Below the pieces are notes generated by a model. It did no database searches, was not told where the DNA came from, and saw nothing but the letters and a program-made list of their open reading frames with translations. Shown in pieces: positions 10,701 through 20,349 of a DNA stretch of 28,427 nucleotides. The position numbers and the translations under genes are program-made. The DNA is from Erysipelotrichaceae bacterium MTC7 (GTDB lineage: Bacteria; Bacillota_I; Bacilli_A; Erysipelotrichales; Erysipelotrichaceae): contig LVZN01000021.1 in NCBI GenBank assembly GCA_001695645.1, forward strand, positions 1 to 28,427, given 5' to 3'. Position 1 is the stretch's first letter. Each line of letters starts with the position of its first letter.

Positions 10701-10818
10701 CGCATAAGTGTTAATTTAGGGAAACGGTAGTAAACAACACCTCCACTTTGGACGAATTATTTTTATAGTGAGTGTACGTAGTTTGTGGTATGATTAACGG
10801 GTATGGAGCGTGATATAT

Positions 10819-13410
10819 ATGAGTTGTGAAATTTTATTAATCGATGGAAATTCGATGCTGTTTAGAGCCTATTATGCAACACTTTACAGTGGAGCAAGAA
10901 TGAGCACATCAAGTGGTGTGTCAACCAATGCTGTGTATGGGTTTGTGAATATGATCAACAAAGCCATCGCAACAATTGAACCAGATTATGTCATGGTGGC
11001 ATGGGATAGCGGTAAACCGACCTTCCGTCATGAAGCGTATGAAGAATACAAAGGAACACGAAAAGAATTAGATCCTGAACTTAAGGTACAGTTTCCAATT
11101 GTTCGTGAGTTTTTGGACGCGTATGGAATTTATCGTTATGAAGAAGATGGAATTGAAGCTGATGATATTATCGGTAGTCTTGCCAAACGTTATAAAGATG
11201 AAAAAGTAGTCATTTTAACAAGTGATCAAGACTTACTTCAATGTATTGACGATACAACAAGTGTCATGCTTATGAAAAAAGGGATCACGGAAATGGAAGA
11301 AGTGAACCGAGAAAAACTACTAGAGATGAAACAAATCGAACCAAAACAAGTCATTGACATGAAAGGATTGATGGGGGATAGTGCCGATAACATTCCTGGA
11401 GTAAAAGGCGTTGGTGAAAAAACCGCAACGAAACTATTACTAGAATACGGTAGCCTTGAAGGTGTCTATGACCACATTGATCAAATCAAAGGAAAGTTAA
11501 AAGAAAAACTTGAAAATGATAAAGCAAATGCGTTTATGTCAAAAGAACTTGCAACCATCAAAACCGATTGTGAGGTTCCAGTGGAACTATCTGCTTTGGC
11601 ATACGAAGCAAATGTACCAGCACTTAATGATTTCTACACAAAATACGAGATGAAATCATTTTTGAAAAACATTACAGTCAAACCAACCAAAACAAACATT
11701 ACGTTACATGAAGTTGAAGTATTACCAGAAACATTATTAGCTCATGATGCAGTATATTTGATCTTTGATTATGATACGCAACCATTTTATGATGCACAAT
11801 TGTATGGAGTTTTGGTGGCAAATGATCAAGATGCGTATTATTTAGGTAAAGAGCAAATGCTTGTTGACCCGGTTTTACAAAAGCTTTTAACAAGCAAACA
11901 AACACGAATCACCAACAATGCAAAAGAAGCGTATCATTTACTTGATCGTTTAGGGCTTACCTTTGATAATTTTAGCTTTGATGTACAAATTGCAGCATTT
12001 TTATGCGACAACTACATCAATGATGAAAAACAGTTGGTATTCAAATACAATTATCAATTTGAGAAAAACAAAGACGATGTGTATGGAAAGTCTGGTTCAC
12101 CTAAGTTAGCTGATGTAAACGAGCGACTTACCTACGTAGGTGATCAAATGTACATTGTGCAAGATCTCTATGAAAAACTAGAAGCAGAACTTAAAGAAAA
12201 AGAGATGGATAGCTTGTTTGTGGAGATGGAAATGCCATTGACACGTATTTTATTTGAAATGGAAGCGCAAGGAGTAAGTACAAGTCGTGATGTCCTTGAA
12301 GAAATTCATGACAAAACACAAACGATTTTGCGTGACTTGGAACAAAAAATACATACATTAGCTGGAGTTGAATTTAATGTGAATTCACCTAAACAACTGG
12401 CTGAAGTGTTATTTGACACTCTCGGTTTAAAAAGCAATAAAAAACGTAGTACAGCCATTGATGTATTAGAAAAACTACGTAGTTCACATCCGATTATCGA
12501 TGAGCTTATTGCATATCGTAAATACCAAAAGATTGATTCAACCTATGCGGTTGGTTTGCAAAAATACATTCGTAAAGATGGTAAGATTCATACCTTATAC
12601 CATCAAAGTTTAACGCAAACTGGACGTTTATCATCAAGCACTCCAAACTTACAAAACCTAAGTGTTCGTGATGAAGAAGCTAGAGAAGTCCGTCGTGCAT
12701 TTGTGGCAAGTGAAGGTTGTACACTGTATGCAGCAGACTATAGTCAAATTGAACTAAGAGTCCTTGCACATATGGCAAATGAAACACAAATGATTGATGC
12801 TTTTAACCATGGTATTGATATTCATACCAAAACGGCGATGCTGATTTTTGATGTTGCAAGAGAAGATGTGACTTCTGCGATGCGTCGACAAGCAAAAACC
12901 GTTAACTTTGGGATGGTCTATGGACAAACACAATATGGTCTATCAAGTGAGTTGAACATCGATATGAATACCGCAAAAGATTTTATGGATGGATATTTCC
13001 GTTCGTATCCTCAAATTAAGGAGTTTATGGATGAAACCATTGCCTTTGCCAAAGAACATGGGTATGTGAAAACGATGTTTAACCGTCGAAGAATCATTAA
13101 AGAAATCAATGATAAAAACTACATGACACGTGAATTTGGAAAACGGGCAGCGATGAATGCACCGATTCAAGGTAGTGCAGCAGATTTAATTAAACTTGCG
13201 ATGATTCACGTAAGTGAAGCAATGAAAGAGAAAAAATGTAAGAGTAAACTTATCTTACAAATCCATGATGAGCTTGTCTTTGACGTGCCAATGGATGAAA
13301 AAGAATTGATGGAACAACTTGTAAAAGATGCGATGGAACATGTTGCATCATTAAAAGTACCATTAGTTATTGATGCGAATTTCGCAGATAATTATTTAGA
13401 TAGTAAATAG
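10819..13410 (+). CDS. polA: DNA polymerase I
   Basis: 5'-nuclease N-terminus LLIDGNSMLFRAYY. Pol motif A DYSQIELRVLAH, motif B RRQAKTVNFGMVYG, motif C QIHDELVF. ATG 10819 lies 10 nt after GGAG; the track start 10810 is a GTG. Confidence 0.96.
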   Translation: MSCEILLIDGNSMLFRAYYATLYSGARMSTSSGVSTNAVYGFVNMINKAIATIEPDYVMVAWDSGKPTFRHEAYEEYKGTRKELDPELKVQFPIVREFLDAYGIYRYEEDGIEADDIIGSLAKRYKDEKVVILTSDQDLLQCIDDTTSVMLMKKGITEMEEVNREKLLEMKQIEPKQVIDMKGLMGDSADNIPGVKGVGEKTATKLLLEYGSLEGVYDHIDQIKGKLKEKLENDKANAFMSKELATIKTDCEVPVELSALAYEANVPALNDFYTKYEMKSFLKNITVKPTKTNITLHEVEVLPETLLAHDAVYLIFDYDTQPFYDAQLYGVLVANDQDAYYLGKEQMLVDPVLQKLLTSKQTRITNNAKEAYHLLDRLGLTFDNFSFDVQIAAFLCDNYINDEKQLVFKYNYQFEKNKDDVYGKSGSPKLADVNERLTYVGDQMYIVQDLYEKLEAELKEKEMDSLFVEMEMPLTRILFEMEAQGVSTSRDVLEEIHDKTQTILRDLEQKIHTLAGVEFNVNSPKQLAEVLFDTLGLKSNKKRSTAIDVLEKLRSSHPIIDELIAYRKYQKIDSTYAVGLQKYIRKDGKIHTLYHQSLTQTGRLSSSTPNLQNLSVRDEEAREVRRAFVASEGCTLYAADYSQIELRVLAHMANETQMIDAFNHGIDIHTKTAMLIFDVAREDVTSAMRRQAKTVNFGMVYGQTQYGLSSELNIDMNTAKDFMDGYFRSYPQIKEFMDETIAFAKEHGYVKTMFNRRRIIKEINDKNYMTREFGKRAAMNAPIQGSAADLIKLAMIHVSEAMKEKKCKSKLILQIHDELVFDVPMDEKELMEQLVKDAMEHVASLKVPLVIDANFADNYLDSK

Positions 13411-13420
13411 GAAGAACCAT

Positions 13421-14254
13421 ATGCCAGAATTACCAGAAGTAGAAACCGTTCTTAGAACGTTAGAACATCAAATCAAAGGACGTCAAATTGTACAAATTGA
13501 AGTACGATATGCAAAAATGATCGATGCAATGGATGCTAGTGAATTTACCAAACGATTAATGCATCAACATTTCGTAACGTTTTCACGTGTCGGAAAGTAT
13601 TTGGTTTTTGGCATGGATGATGTGAATTTGGTCGTTCATTTACGTATGGAAGGAAAATTCTACATTTATCAAAAGGATGAAGATCCATACAGCAAACATG
13701 CGCATATTGTATTTACGTTAGATGATGGGCGTAAACTGGTCTATCATGATGTTCGCAAATTTGGTCGTATGTATATTTATGATAAAGATCAACCTTTACC
13801 ACTGCAAAAAGCGTTTCAACACGTTGGGTATGATGCCTTTGATGTACGCGTTGATGCAAACTACTTGTATCAACAAGCAAAGAAACGCAAAACGACACTA
13901 AAACAATTCTTACTTGATCAAAGTGTTATGGCTGGAGTTGGTAACATTTATGCAGATGAAATCGCATATCGTTCTAAGTTCCATCCCGAAACAAAGGTTT
14001 ATCATCTAACCAAAAAAGATTTCCAAACAATCTTAGACAATACACGAATGATTTTAAAAGGTGCAATTAAAGCAGGGGGAACCACCATACGTTCCTATAC
14101 ATCTTCTTTAGGTGTCGATGGGAAATTCCAATTACAACTAAAGGTACATATGAAAAAAGGTGATGCTTGTCCAACTTGCGGAAAACCAATTGAAAAAATT
14201 GTTGTGGGTGGAAGGGGGACGTATCTATGTCGCACTTGTCAAAAACGCAAATGA
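13421..14254 (+). CDS. mutM: Formamidopyrimidine-DNA glycosylase
   Basis: MPELPEVETV N-terminus and C-terminal zinc finger CPTCG...CRTCQ. 277 aa. Confidence 0.95.
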   Translation: MPELPEVETVLRTLEHQIKGRQIVQIEVRYAKMIDAMDASEFTKRLMHQHFVTFSRVGKYLVFGMDDVNLVVHLRMEGKFYIYQKDEDPYSKHAHIVFTLDDGRKLVYHDVRKFGRMYIYDKDQPLPLQKAFQHVGYDAFDVRVDANYLYQQAKKRKTTLKQFLLDQSVMAGVGNIYADEIAYRSKFHPETKVYHLTKKDFQTILDNTRMILKGAIKAGGTTIRSYTSSLGVDGKFQLQLKVHMKKGDACPTCGKPIEKIVVGGRGTYLCRTCQKRK

Positions 14255-14844
14255 TGAAAATTGTCCTTACTGGAACCATTGGGTCAGGTAAAACCTATGT
14301 TGCCAAAAAGTTAGAAGCGCAAGGAGTTGCGGTGTTGTATTTGGATGCAGTTGCAGCTACGATACGTGATACGATTGCTAAACAAGCGGTTATCGATGCC
14401 TTTGGCACAAGTATTTTAAAAGATGATAACATTGATCGACAAGCACTTGGTGCACTTGTGTTTAAGGACTTGCAAGCTAAGCGAACTTTAGAAAACATCA
14501 TCCATCCGTTGGTTTTAGAAGAGATGTTAGCATTTTTCAAAACGCATGAACATGAGAAACTCTGTGTGGTGGAAGTTGCAAATGTACATGAGTTTGGCTG
14601 GCAAAAGTACTTTGATGAAGTATGGATGGTGGTATGTGATCACGATGTTGCCATCAACCGATTGATGAAACAAAGAGGATATTTGCAAGAATATGCAAAT
14701 ACAGTATTGAATGCACAAAAACAGTTTGTCTTAAAAGATAACGAAGTGCAAGCTTATATTTATAACAATCCAGAAGATGATGTGAACACACAATTGCAAC
14801 AACTTCTAGAAAGAGTAGGGGTTTATGGAATTACGCGAAGATAG
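14251..14844 (+). CDS. coaE: Dephospho-CoA kinase
   Basis: MMKIVLTGTIGSGKT P-loop. ATGA overlap with the mutM stop. The polA-mutM-coaE order is the classical Firmicute synteny. Confidence 0.9.
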   Translation: MMKIVLTGTIGSGKTYVAKKLEAQGVAVLYLDAVAATIRDTIAKQAVIDAFGTSILKDDNIDRQALGALVFKDLQAKRTLENIIHPLVLEEMLAFFKTHEHEKLCVVEVANVHEFGWQKYFDEVWMVVCDHDVAINRLMKQRGYLQEYANTVLNAQKQFVLKDNEVQAYIYNNPEDDVNTQLQQLLERVGVYGITRR

Positions 14845-15991
14845 TAAATTGCAAATAGAAATTCATGGTAAGATTGAACGTAGAGATTACCATGTTTTAA
14901 CGATGCTTTATTATCCTTTGATCCATGAAAGTGCCTATGTACTATATGAAATCATGGCTGCTTTAGCAGATGAAAAGATGAGTTTTGAAAATCATTTAAT
15001 TCTCGTGAAAGTTAGTGGACTAAGCATAGAGGTAATTGAACGTGAACGTAAAGTTCTGGAAAAATACCAATTGCTAAAAACCTACTATAGCGAAAAGTTA
15101 GATCGTTATATATACGAACTTTATCCGCCTAAAAAAGCCAATGATTTTTTGGAACACGAGGTGTTTGGTCGCATGTATTTAGATTTACTTGGAGAACAAG
15201 TATTCCGCTTCCAAAAACAAGCATTCTTACAAGAAAGTTTACGTAAACAAGAATACAAAGATGTTTCTGAGTGTATCAGTGATGTGATTCGTGAGGGTTG
15301 GAACGAACACTTTGAGAACACATTCTCAAAAATGCAGGAAGAAATTCAAGAAAGTCGCGATGGAAGTGAGATTATCTTTAATTATGACGCATTCTTGTTG
15401 AACTTTAAAAATGTTTGGCCACCAAAGAAACGTTCCGCGAAACTGTTAAAAGAAATTGGACGTATTGCGACCTTATATGGAATTCATCCACAAACCATGC
15501 GAGGTATTGTATCTCGTTCCTTGGATAAAGATGGTAATTTAGATGTAGATGGAATGCGTAAACGTGCAGCAAATAGTAAGGCAAAATACGAAACAGATGA
15601 GGTGAATATTTATAAATGGCCTCCGGTACGCTTCTTGCAAAACAAGCAAAAAGGGGTTGAACCAAGCCGTTATGATAAAGAAACCATTCGTATTTTATTA
15701 GAAGAATACAAATTGCATCCCGAAGTGGTCAATGTATTAATTGATTATGTGTTGCAAAAAGCAAATCAACGATTCCCACGAAACTTCGTAGAGAGTATTG
15801 CAGGATCATGGTTGCGTAGCAACATTGAAACCTACGAACAAGCAGTTGCCTATATGCACAATCCAACCAAAACCAACCAAGACGATAAAGTCTTAATATC
15901 ATATGAAGAAGAAGATACGATGAGTGAGGATGAACGTTCACGTATCATTGAAGAAATTCAAAAGAGAAGGGAGAGTCATGGAAAAGATTAA
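14825..15991 (+). CDS. dnaB: Replication initiation/membrane attachment protein (Firmicute DnaB, DnaD-domain family)
   Basis: 388 aa. N-terminal YHVLTMLYYPLIHESAYVLYEIM and C-terminal FVESIAGSWLRSNIETYEQA resemble DnaB/DnaD-domain blocks. Overlaps and precedes dnaI as in Bacillus. Confidence 0.7.
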   Translation: MELREDSKLQIEIHGKIERRDYHVLTMLYYPLIHESAYVLYEIMAALADEKMSFENHLILVKVSGLSIEVIERERKVLEKYQLLKTYYSEKLDRYIYELYPPKKANDFLEHEVFGRMYLDLLGEQVFRFQKQAFLQESLRKQEYKDVSECISDVIREGWNEHFENTFSKMQEEIQESRDGSEIIFNYDAFLLNFKNVWPPKKRSAKLLKEIGRIATLYGIHPQTMRGIVSRSLDKDGNLDVDGMRKRAANSKAKYETDEVNIYKWPPVRFLQNKQKGVEPSRYDKETIRILLEEYKLHPEVVNVLIDYVLQKANQRFPRNFVESIAGSWLRSNIETYEQAVAYMHNPTKTNQDDKVLISYEEEDTMSEDERSRIIEEIQKRRESHGKD

Positions 15992-16889
15992 TTTCAAATT
16001 GCAAGAAAGTGATAGCCAACGCAAAGAACGTGAGTTTTTATCACAACTATTGATTAAAGATGAACGAATCCAACGCTTTCTTGCAACTTACAAAGTCGAT
16101 TACGAATTTGTCTTACAAAATGCATATACACTAAAAGATTACGTGACTCGTCTGGACCAATGTCGTGATTGTGTTGGTTTAAGCCACTGCAAACAACCCA
16201 ATACAGGCTATTTGCTTGAAGTAAGTGCAAATGATGGTATATTAGATTATGAGTATGTAGCGTGCCGCTATGAAAGTAAAATTGAACGTCAAACGGCACA
16301 CCAAAACAAACTTATTTACAATGATATGTCGATTGAACAAATGGGATTTCGTTTTACAAACATTGATATTCAACACGAATCAACAGCGTATTTAGCCGTT
16401 GCAAACTACGTGGAGGCAAAAACGACGATCAGCGAACCACAGGGCTTTTATTTAAGTGGAGCACCAGGTGTTGGGAAAACCTATTTGATGTGTTGTTTTA
16501 TTAACGAAATGGCAGCGAAAGGAAAAACCTGTGCATTTGTACATGTACCAACTTTAATTGCCAATTTGAAAACGTTGATGAATACACCACATGGATATGG
16601 ACATGTGATTGAGAAATTAAAAAAAGTCGAAGTCTTAGCGATGGATGATATCGCGGGTGAAAGTGCATCGTCATGGTCACGTGATGATATTTTGCTTCCC
16701 ATCTTGAATGAGCGCATGGAAAGTCACCGTTTAACGGTATTTACCAGCAATTGTGCAAGAGAAAGACTCGAAGAATTCTATGTTTTAGGTAAGAAATCAG
16801 TCAATAATGAGCTTGGTGCTTTACGAATTAGTGAACGAATTAAGACATTGGCTGAAGAAAAAGTCGTGAAAGGTAAAAATCGCCGATAG
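15978..16889 (+). CDS. dnaI: Primosomal helicase loader DnaI
   Basis: ATG 15978 follows GGGAGAG. N-terminal Cys/His cluster CRDCVGLSHC...ACRY. AAA+ Walker A GAPGVGKT and Walker B LAMDDIAGE. Confidence 0.9.
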   Translation: MEKINFKLQESDSQRKEREFLSQLLIKDERIQRFLATYKVDYEFVLQNAYTLKDYVTRLDQCRDCVGLSHCKQPNTGYLLEVSANDGILDYEYVACRYESKIERQTAHQNKLIYNDMSIEQMGFRFTNIDIQHESTAYLAVANYVEAKTTISEPQGFYLSGAPGVGKTYLMCCFINEMAAKGKTCAFVHVPTLIANLKTLMNTPHGYGHVIEKLKKVEVLAMDDIAGESASSWSRDDILLPILNERMESHRLTVFTSNCARERLEEFYVLGKKSVNNELGALRISERIKTLAEEKVVKGKNRR

Positions 16890-16895
16890 ATACAC

Positions 16896-16924
16896 TAGAT
16901 ATTCTTATTGATAAGTGGTATATT
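16896..16924 (+). promoter_or_regulatory. Candidate pfkA-pyk promoter (extended -10)
   Basis: TAGATA (16896-16901), 17-nt spacer, -10 TATATT (16919-16924) with TG at 16916-16917. Confidence 0.35.
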
Positions 16925-16957
16925 AGTAGTGATTTTTAATCAGTGGGGAGTGCTATT

Positions 16958-17920
16958 ATGGTAAAAAGAATAGGCGTACTCACATCTGGTGGAGATGCAC
17001 CGGGTATGAATGCAGCAATTCGTGCAGTCACAAGAGTTGCAACGAATATTGGCATTGAAGTTTACGGAATTTATGATGGATATCGCGGAATGGTGGAAGG
17101 AAAAATCCAACCACTCACTCGTCGTGATGTTTCAGACATTCTTGACCGTGGAGGAACAATGTTAGGATCTGCAAGACTTCCGGAATTCAAAAGCCTTGAA
17201 GTGAGAGAAAAAGCTGTCGAGCAGCTTAAAAAATTCGGAATTGAAGCAGTAGTTGTCATCGGTGGGGATGGTAGTTACAGAGGAGCTTTAGCCTTGACCG
17301 AAATGGGAATTAACTGTATCGGTCTACCTGGGACAATCGACAATGATATCTCTAGTACGGACGAAACCATTGGGTTTAGTACGGCACTAACGACCATTGT
17401 TGATGCAGTCGATAAATTACGTGATACATCAAGTTCACACCATCGCTGTTCTGTTGTAGAAGTTATGGGAAACCGTTGTGGAGATCTTGCACTATTTGCA
17501 GGGATTTCAACAGGTGCGGAAATCGTCATAACAAGTGAAACAGGATTTGACGAAGGTGAAGTGTTAGACCGCTTACGTGAGTTTGATGTTGTGAAAAAGA
17601 AAAATCACGCATTGGTAATTATCTCTGAGAAAATTACAGATGTTGAGGTTTTTGCGCGTAAGGTCTCACAACATACCGGATTTTCTGGTAGGGCAACCAT
17701 CCTTGGTCACGTACAACGTGGAGGATCTCCTGTACCTGCTGATCGTATTTTAGCATCTCGCATGGGTGAGAAAGCTGTCGATCTACTGATGCAAGGTATT
17801 GGTGGTCAGTGCGTTGGGACGCAATCAGGTAATATTGTTGGTGTACCGATTGAAGAAGCACTTAACATGCCAGCAAAATCAAGAAAAGAATTACAAAATT
17901 TATTCGATCGTTTAGTATAA
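16958..17920 (+). CDS. pfkA: ATP-dependent 6-phosphofructokinase
   Basis: MVKRIGVLTSGGDAPGMNAAIR, IGGDGS, PGTIDND and LGHVQRGG. ATG 16958 follows GGGGAG. Confidence 0.96.
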   Translation: MVKRIGVLTSGGDAPGMNAAIRAVTRVATNIGIEVYGIYDGYRGMVEGKIQPLTRRDVSDILDRGGTMLGSARLPEFKSLEVREKAVEQLKKFGIEAVVVIGGDGSYRGALALTEMGINCIGLPGTIDNDISSTDETIGFSTALTTIVDAVDKLRDTSSSHHRCSVVEVMGNRCGDLALFAGISTGAEIVITSETGFDEGEVLDRLREFDVVKKKNHALVIISEKITDVEVFARKVSQHTGFSGRATILGHVQRGGSPVPADRILASRMGEKAVDLLMQGIGGQCVGTQSGNIVGVPIEEALNMPAKSRKELQNLFDRLV

Positions 17921-17937
17921 GGTGAGGTAAGAAAAAA

Positions 17938-19350
17938 ATGAAAAAGACGAAAATTATTTGTACGATTGGACCGGCTACAGAAAGTCCAGAAATGCTTAAA
18001 AAACTAGTAGAGACAGGGATGAACATATCACGTTTAAACTTCTCTCACGGTGACTATGAAGAACACGGAAACCGTATTAAAAACATCCGTAAAGTAAATG
18101 AAGAGTTAGATTCTAACATCGGGATTTTACTAGATACAAAAGGACCTGAAATTCGTTTAGGTGATTTCAAAAATGGTCAAGAAAGCTACAAAGCTGGGGA
18201 TACATTAACACTTGTTCGTGAACCAATTTTAGGAACACACGACCGTGTACACGTACAATGTCCAGAAGTGTTCGATGACGTACAAGTTGGTGGAACATTC
18301 TTAATTGACGATGGTAAAGTGCGTTTAACAATCCTTGAAAAAGGTGATGGAGAACTTCTATGCCGCGTTGAAAACCCAGGAGTACTTAAAAGTAAAAAAG
18401 GATGTAACGTTCCTAATGTTAAATTAAGTATGCCATTCGTGTCTGAAAAAGATGCTAACGACATTCGTTTTGGATGTAAAAATAAAGTGGATTACATTGC
18501 AGCTTCATTTACACGTCGTAAAGAAGATATTATGGACATCCGTAAGATCTTAAAAGAAGAAGGTCAAGAAGATATTCAAATTATTGCGAAAATCGAAAAC
18601 CAAGAAGGTTACGATAACTTAGATGAAATCTTACAAATCGCTGATGGAATCATGGTTGCTCGTGGAGACCTTGGTGTCGATGTAAGCTTTGAAAAAGTAC
18701 CTATTTACCAAAAAGAAATGATTGCACGAGCTAACGCATATGGGAAACCAGTTGTTACTGCAACACACATGTTAGAATCAATGCAACAAAATCCACGTCC
18801 AACACGTGCTGAAGCTAGTGATGTTGCCAACGCTGTGTTAGATGGAACAGATGCAATTATGCTTTCAGGGGAAAGTGCTGTTGGGATGTATCCAATTGAA
18901 GCGGTACAAACCATGGTTACAATTTCTGAAGGAATGGAAGCAATCTTACCTTACCGTGAAAAACTTCGTACTTCAATTAGTACTTCAAAACGTACAAAAT
19001 CAGATGCAATTGGTATTGCAGTAGCTGATACTGTGTTGGCAATGGATATTGCTGCTGTTGTATGTTTTACATCAAGTGGAACGAGTGCAAGACGTATTTC
19101 TAAATTCCGTCCTGACTGTCCAATCTTAGCTGCTACATTTGACGAAAGAACACGTCATGCATTAACCATCAACTGGGGTGTAAATGCAGTTGTTGTTGAT
19201 AAAATTAACAGCTTAGATAACGAATCAGAATTAGCAAGTACGGTTGCTAAAGAATTCGGATGCAAAAAAGGTGATACAATCATCGTTGTTGCTGGATATC
19301 CTCATGGATCTGGAGCAACAAACTCAATGCGCATTATCGAAGTTGAATAA
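17938..19350 (+). CDS. pyk: Pyruvate kinase (no PEP-utilizer C-terminal extension)
   Basis: KIICTIGP, RLNFSHG, IAKIENQEG, MVARGDLGV and MLSGESA. 470 aa. Confidence 0.96.
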   Translation: MKKTKIICTIGPATESPEMLKKLVETGMNISRLNFSHGDYEEHGNRIKNIRKVNEELDSNIGILLDTKGPEIRLGDFKNGQESYKAGDTLTLVREPILGTHDRVHVQCPEVFDDVQVGGTFLIDDGKVRLTILEKGDGELLCRVENPGVLKSKKGCNVPNVKLSMPFVSEKDANDIRFGCKNKVDYIAASFTRRKEDIMDIRKILKEEGQEDIQIIAKIENQEGYDNLDEILQIADGIMVARGDLGVDVSFEKVPIYQKEMIARANAYGKPVVTATHMLESMQQNPRPTRAEASDVANAVLDGTDAIMLSGESAVGMYPIEAVQTMVTISEGMEAILPYREKLRTSISTSKRTKSDAIGIAVADTVLAMDIAAVVCFTSSGTSARRISKFRPDCPILAATFDERTRHALTINWGVNAVVVDKINSLDNESELASTVAKEFGCKKGDTIIVVAGYPHGSGATNSMRIIEVE

Positions 19351-19364
19351 TAAACAAAACGTTT

Positions 19365-19392
19365 AAAAGCCCTTTTCCAAGGGCTTTTTTCT
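19365..19392 (+). terminator. pyk intrinsic terminator
   Basis: AAAAGCCCTT-ttcc-AAGGGCTTTT followed by TT. Confidence 0.85.
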
Positions 19393-19411
19393 ACTTCTAG
19401 GGGTCTTCTGA

Positions 19412-19428
19412 TACCATTTTGATACCAT
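19412..19428. repeat. attL core (direct repeat TACCATTTTGATACCAT)
   Basis: Identical 17-mer at 28103-28119. Itself contains a tandem ATACCAT...ATACCAT. Confidence 0.8.
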
Positions 19429-19448
19429 TTAAATCCGATTTAACTTGG

Positions 19449-19967
19449 TTATTCCTTTTCTAAGCGCCAAGTTTTTTTTGTCTTTTGATTTTCATAATCA
19501 TCAGAAGTGAATGGATAATTAAGTTTCCATTCATTGAACTCTCGAAGAGTTATATCGCCATTTGCTAATTCCTCTTTTCGTTTTTTCATTTCGAATAAAA
19601 GATTTTGCCAAGGCCAGTGCTTGAGTACGATACCACAATGTTCAAATGGATCATCAGTGTTGCCATCATCATATTCAAACATCTCCAATTCATTAGTTTC
19701 ATCTAATGTAAATAGGGTAAACATGATGCCATTTACATCTTTAAACAAATCGTTATTTATTTTTGGTTCTTGTAATGCTAAAGGATTAACATCAAGGTAA
19801 GATGCAATTTTGTTAATAACATCTTCTTTCGGGGTTCGATTATTAGTTTCATATTGGGCAATACGAACATCAGCAGATTCCTCTTTAAATCCAATTGCTA
19901 TACCTAAATCTTTTTGAGTAACATTTCTATGTATTCTCGCATTTCTTATTCTTGTTCCTACAGACAT
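19449..19967 (-). CDS. XRE-family HTH repressor of the element (ImmR/CI-like position)
   Basis: MSVGTRIRNARIHRNVTQKDLGIAIGF... HTH domain. ATG 19967 follows AAAGGAG. Divergent from xis-int. About 105-aa C-terminal domain of unknown type. The track start at 20018 is an extension. Confidence 0.8.
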   Translation of the reverse strand: MSVGTRIRNARIHRNVTQKDLGIAIGFKEESADVRIAQYETNNRTPKEDVINKIASYLDVNPLALQEPKINNDLFKDVNGIMFTLFTLDETNELEMFEYDDGNTDDPFEHCGIVLKHWPWQNLLFEMKKRKEELANGDITLREFNEWKLNYPFTSDDYENQKTKKTWRLEKE

Positions 19968-19996
19968 GATTGTACTCCTTTCAATGTTGTACCTAA

Positions 19997-20115
19997 ATTG
20001 TAGCAACAACTTAAGCAAGTGTAAAGATAAAGCTTAACAAAAATGTTAATGTTTATATTGACATTAACAAATATGTTTAGTATAGTAGGGTTGCGAGGTT
20101 TAACAAAATTGTTTA
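19997..20115. promoter_or_regulatory. Divergent promoter/operator region of the IME
   Basis: Plus strand: TTGACA (20058-20063), 17-nt spacer, TATAGT (20081-20086). Minus strand: TTTACA (complement of 20020-20025), 17-nt spacer, TACAAT (complement of 19997-20002). Three 16-bp palindromic sites TTAACA-N4-TGTT(A/T)A at 20034-20049, 20064-20079 and 20100-20115. Confidence 0.65.
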
Positions 20116-20136
20116 TTAAGAAAGGAGGTAAATTAT

Positions 20137-20349
20137 TTGAACAATGATGTGTTTATTGATGCTTCATACATTGCAGATATAACTGGTAGATCTAAATCAT
20201 TTGCTTACAAAGTAATGCAATCCTTAAATGATGAATTGAAACAAAAGGGATATATCACTCTGCGAGGCAAGGTAAGCAAAAAATACTTTGAAGAGCGCTT
20301 TTACGGACTAGTAGAAGGAGGAAATAAGAATGCCAGTTTACAAAGATGA
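20137..20349 (+). CDS. Small HTH DNA-binding protein, probable excisionase/recombination directionality factor
   Basis: 70 aa. TTG start 8 nt after AAAGGAGG. Overlaps int by 20 nt. ...ADITGRSKSFAYKVMQSLNDELKQKGYITLRGKVSKKYFEERFYG resembles small HTH proteins found next to Tn916-type integrases. Confidence 0.55.
   Translation: MNNDVFIDASYIADITGRSKSFAYKVMQSLNDELKQKGYITLRGKVSKKYFEERFYGLVEGGNKNASLQR

Noticed and set aside
14845-14900. Absence of nrdR between coaE and dnaB (present in Bacillus synteny) as a deletion event
   Set aside because: coaE and dnaB overlap by 20 nt with no scar, repeat or pseudogene remnant. This is just lineage-specific gene order.
1090-19024. Numerous 60-125-aa ORFs in the track lying antisense or out of frame inside leuS, leuA, leuC, leuD, leuB, the phosphoesterase, polA, mutM, coaE, dnaB, dnaI, pfkA and pyk (for example 1090-1275, 3664-4041, 7338-7646, 17275-17529)
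   Set aside because: Each is wholly embedded in a long ORF with unmistakable family motifs. They have no RBS and have low-complexity or odd composition. They are shadow ORFs.
19391-19448. tRNA, tmRNA or gene 3' end as the integration target at attL/attR
   Set aside because: There is no cloverleaf-compatible sequence or T-loop motif around either repeat. The site lies between a terminator and a promoter.
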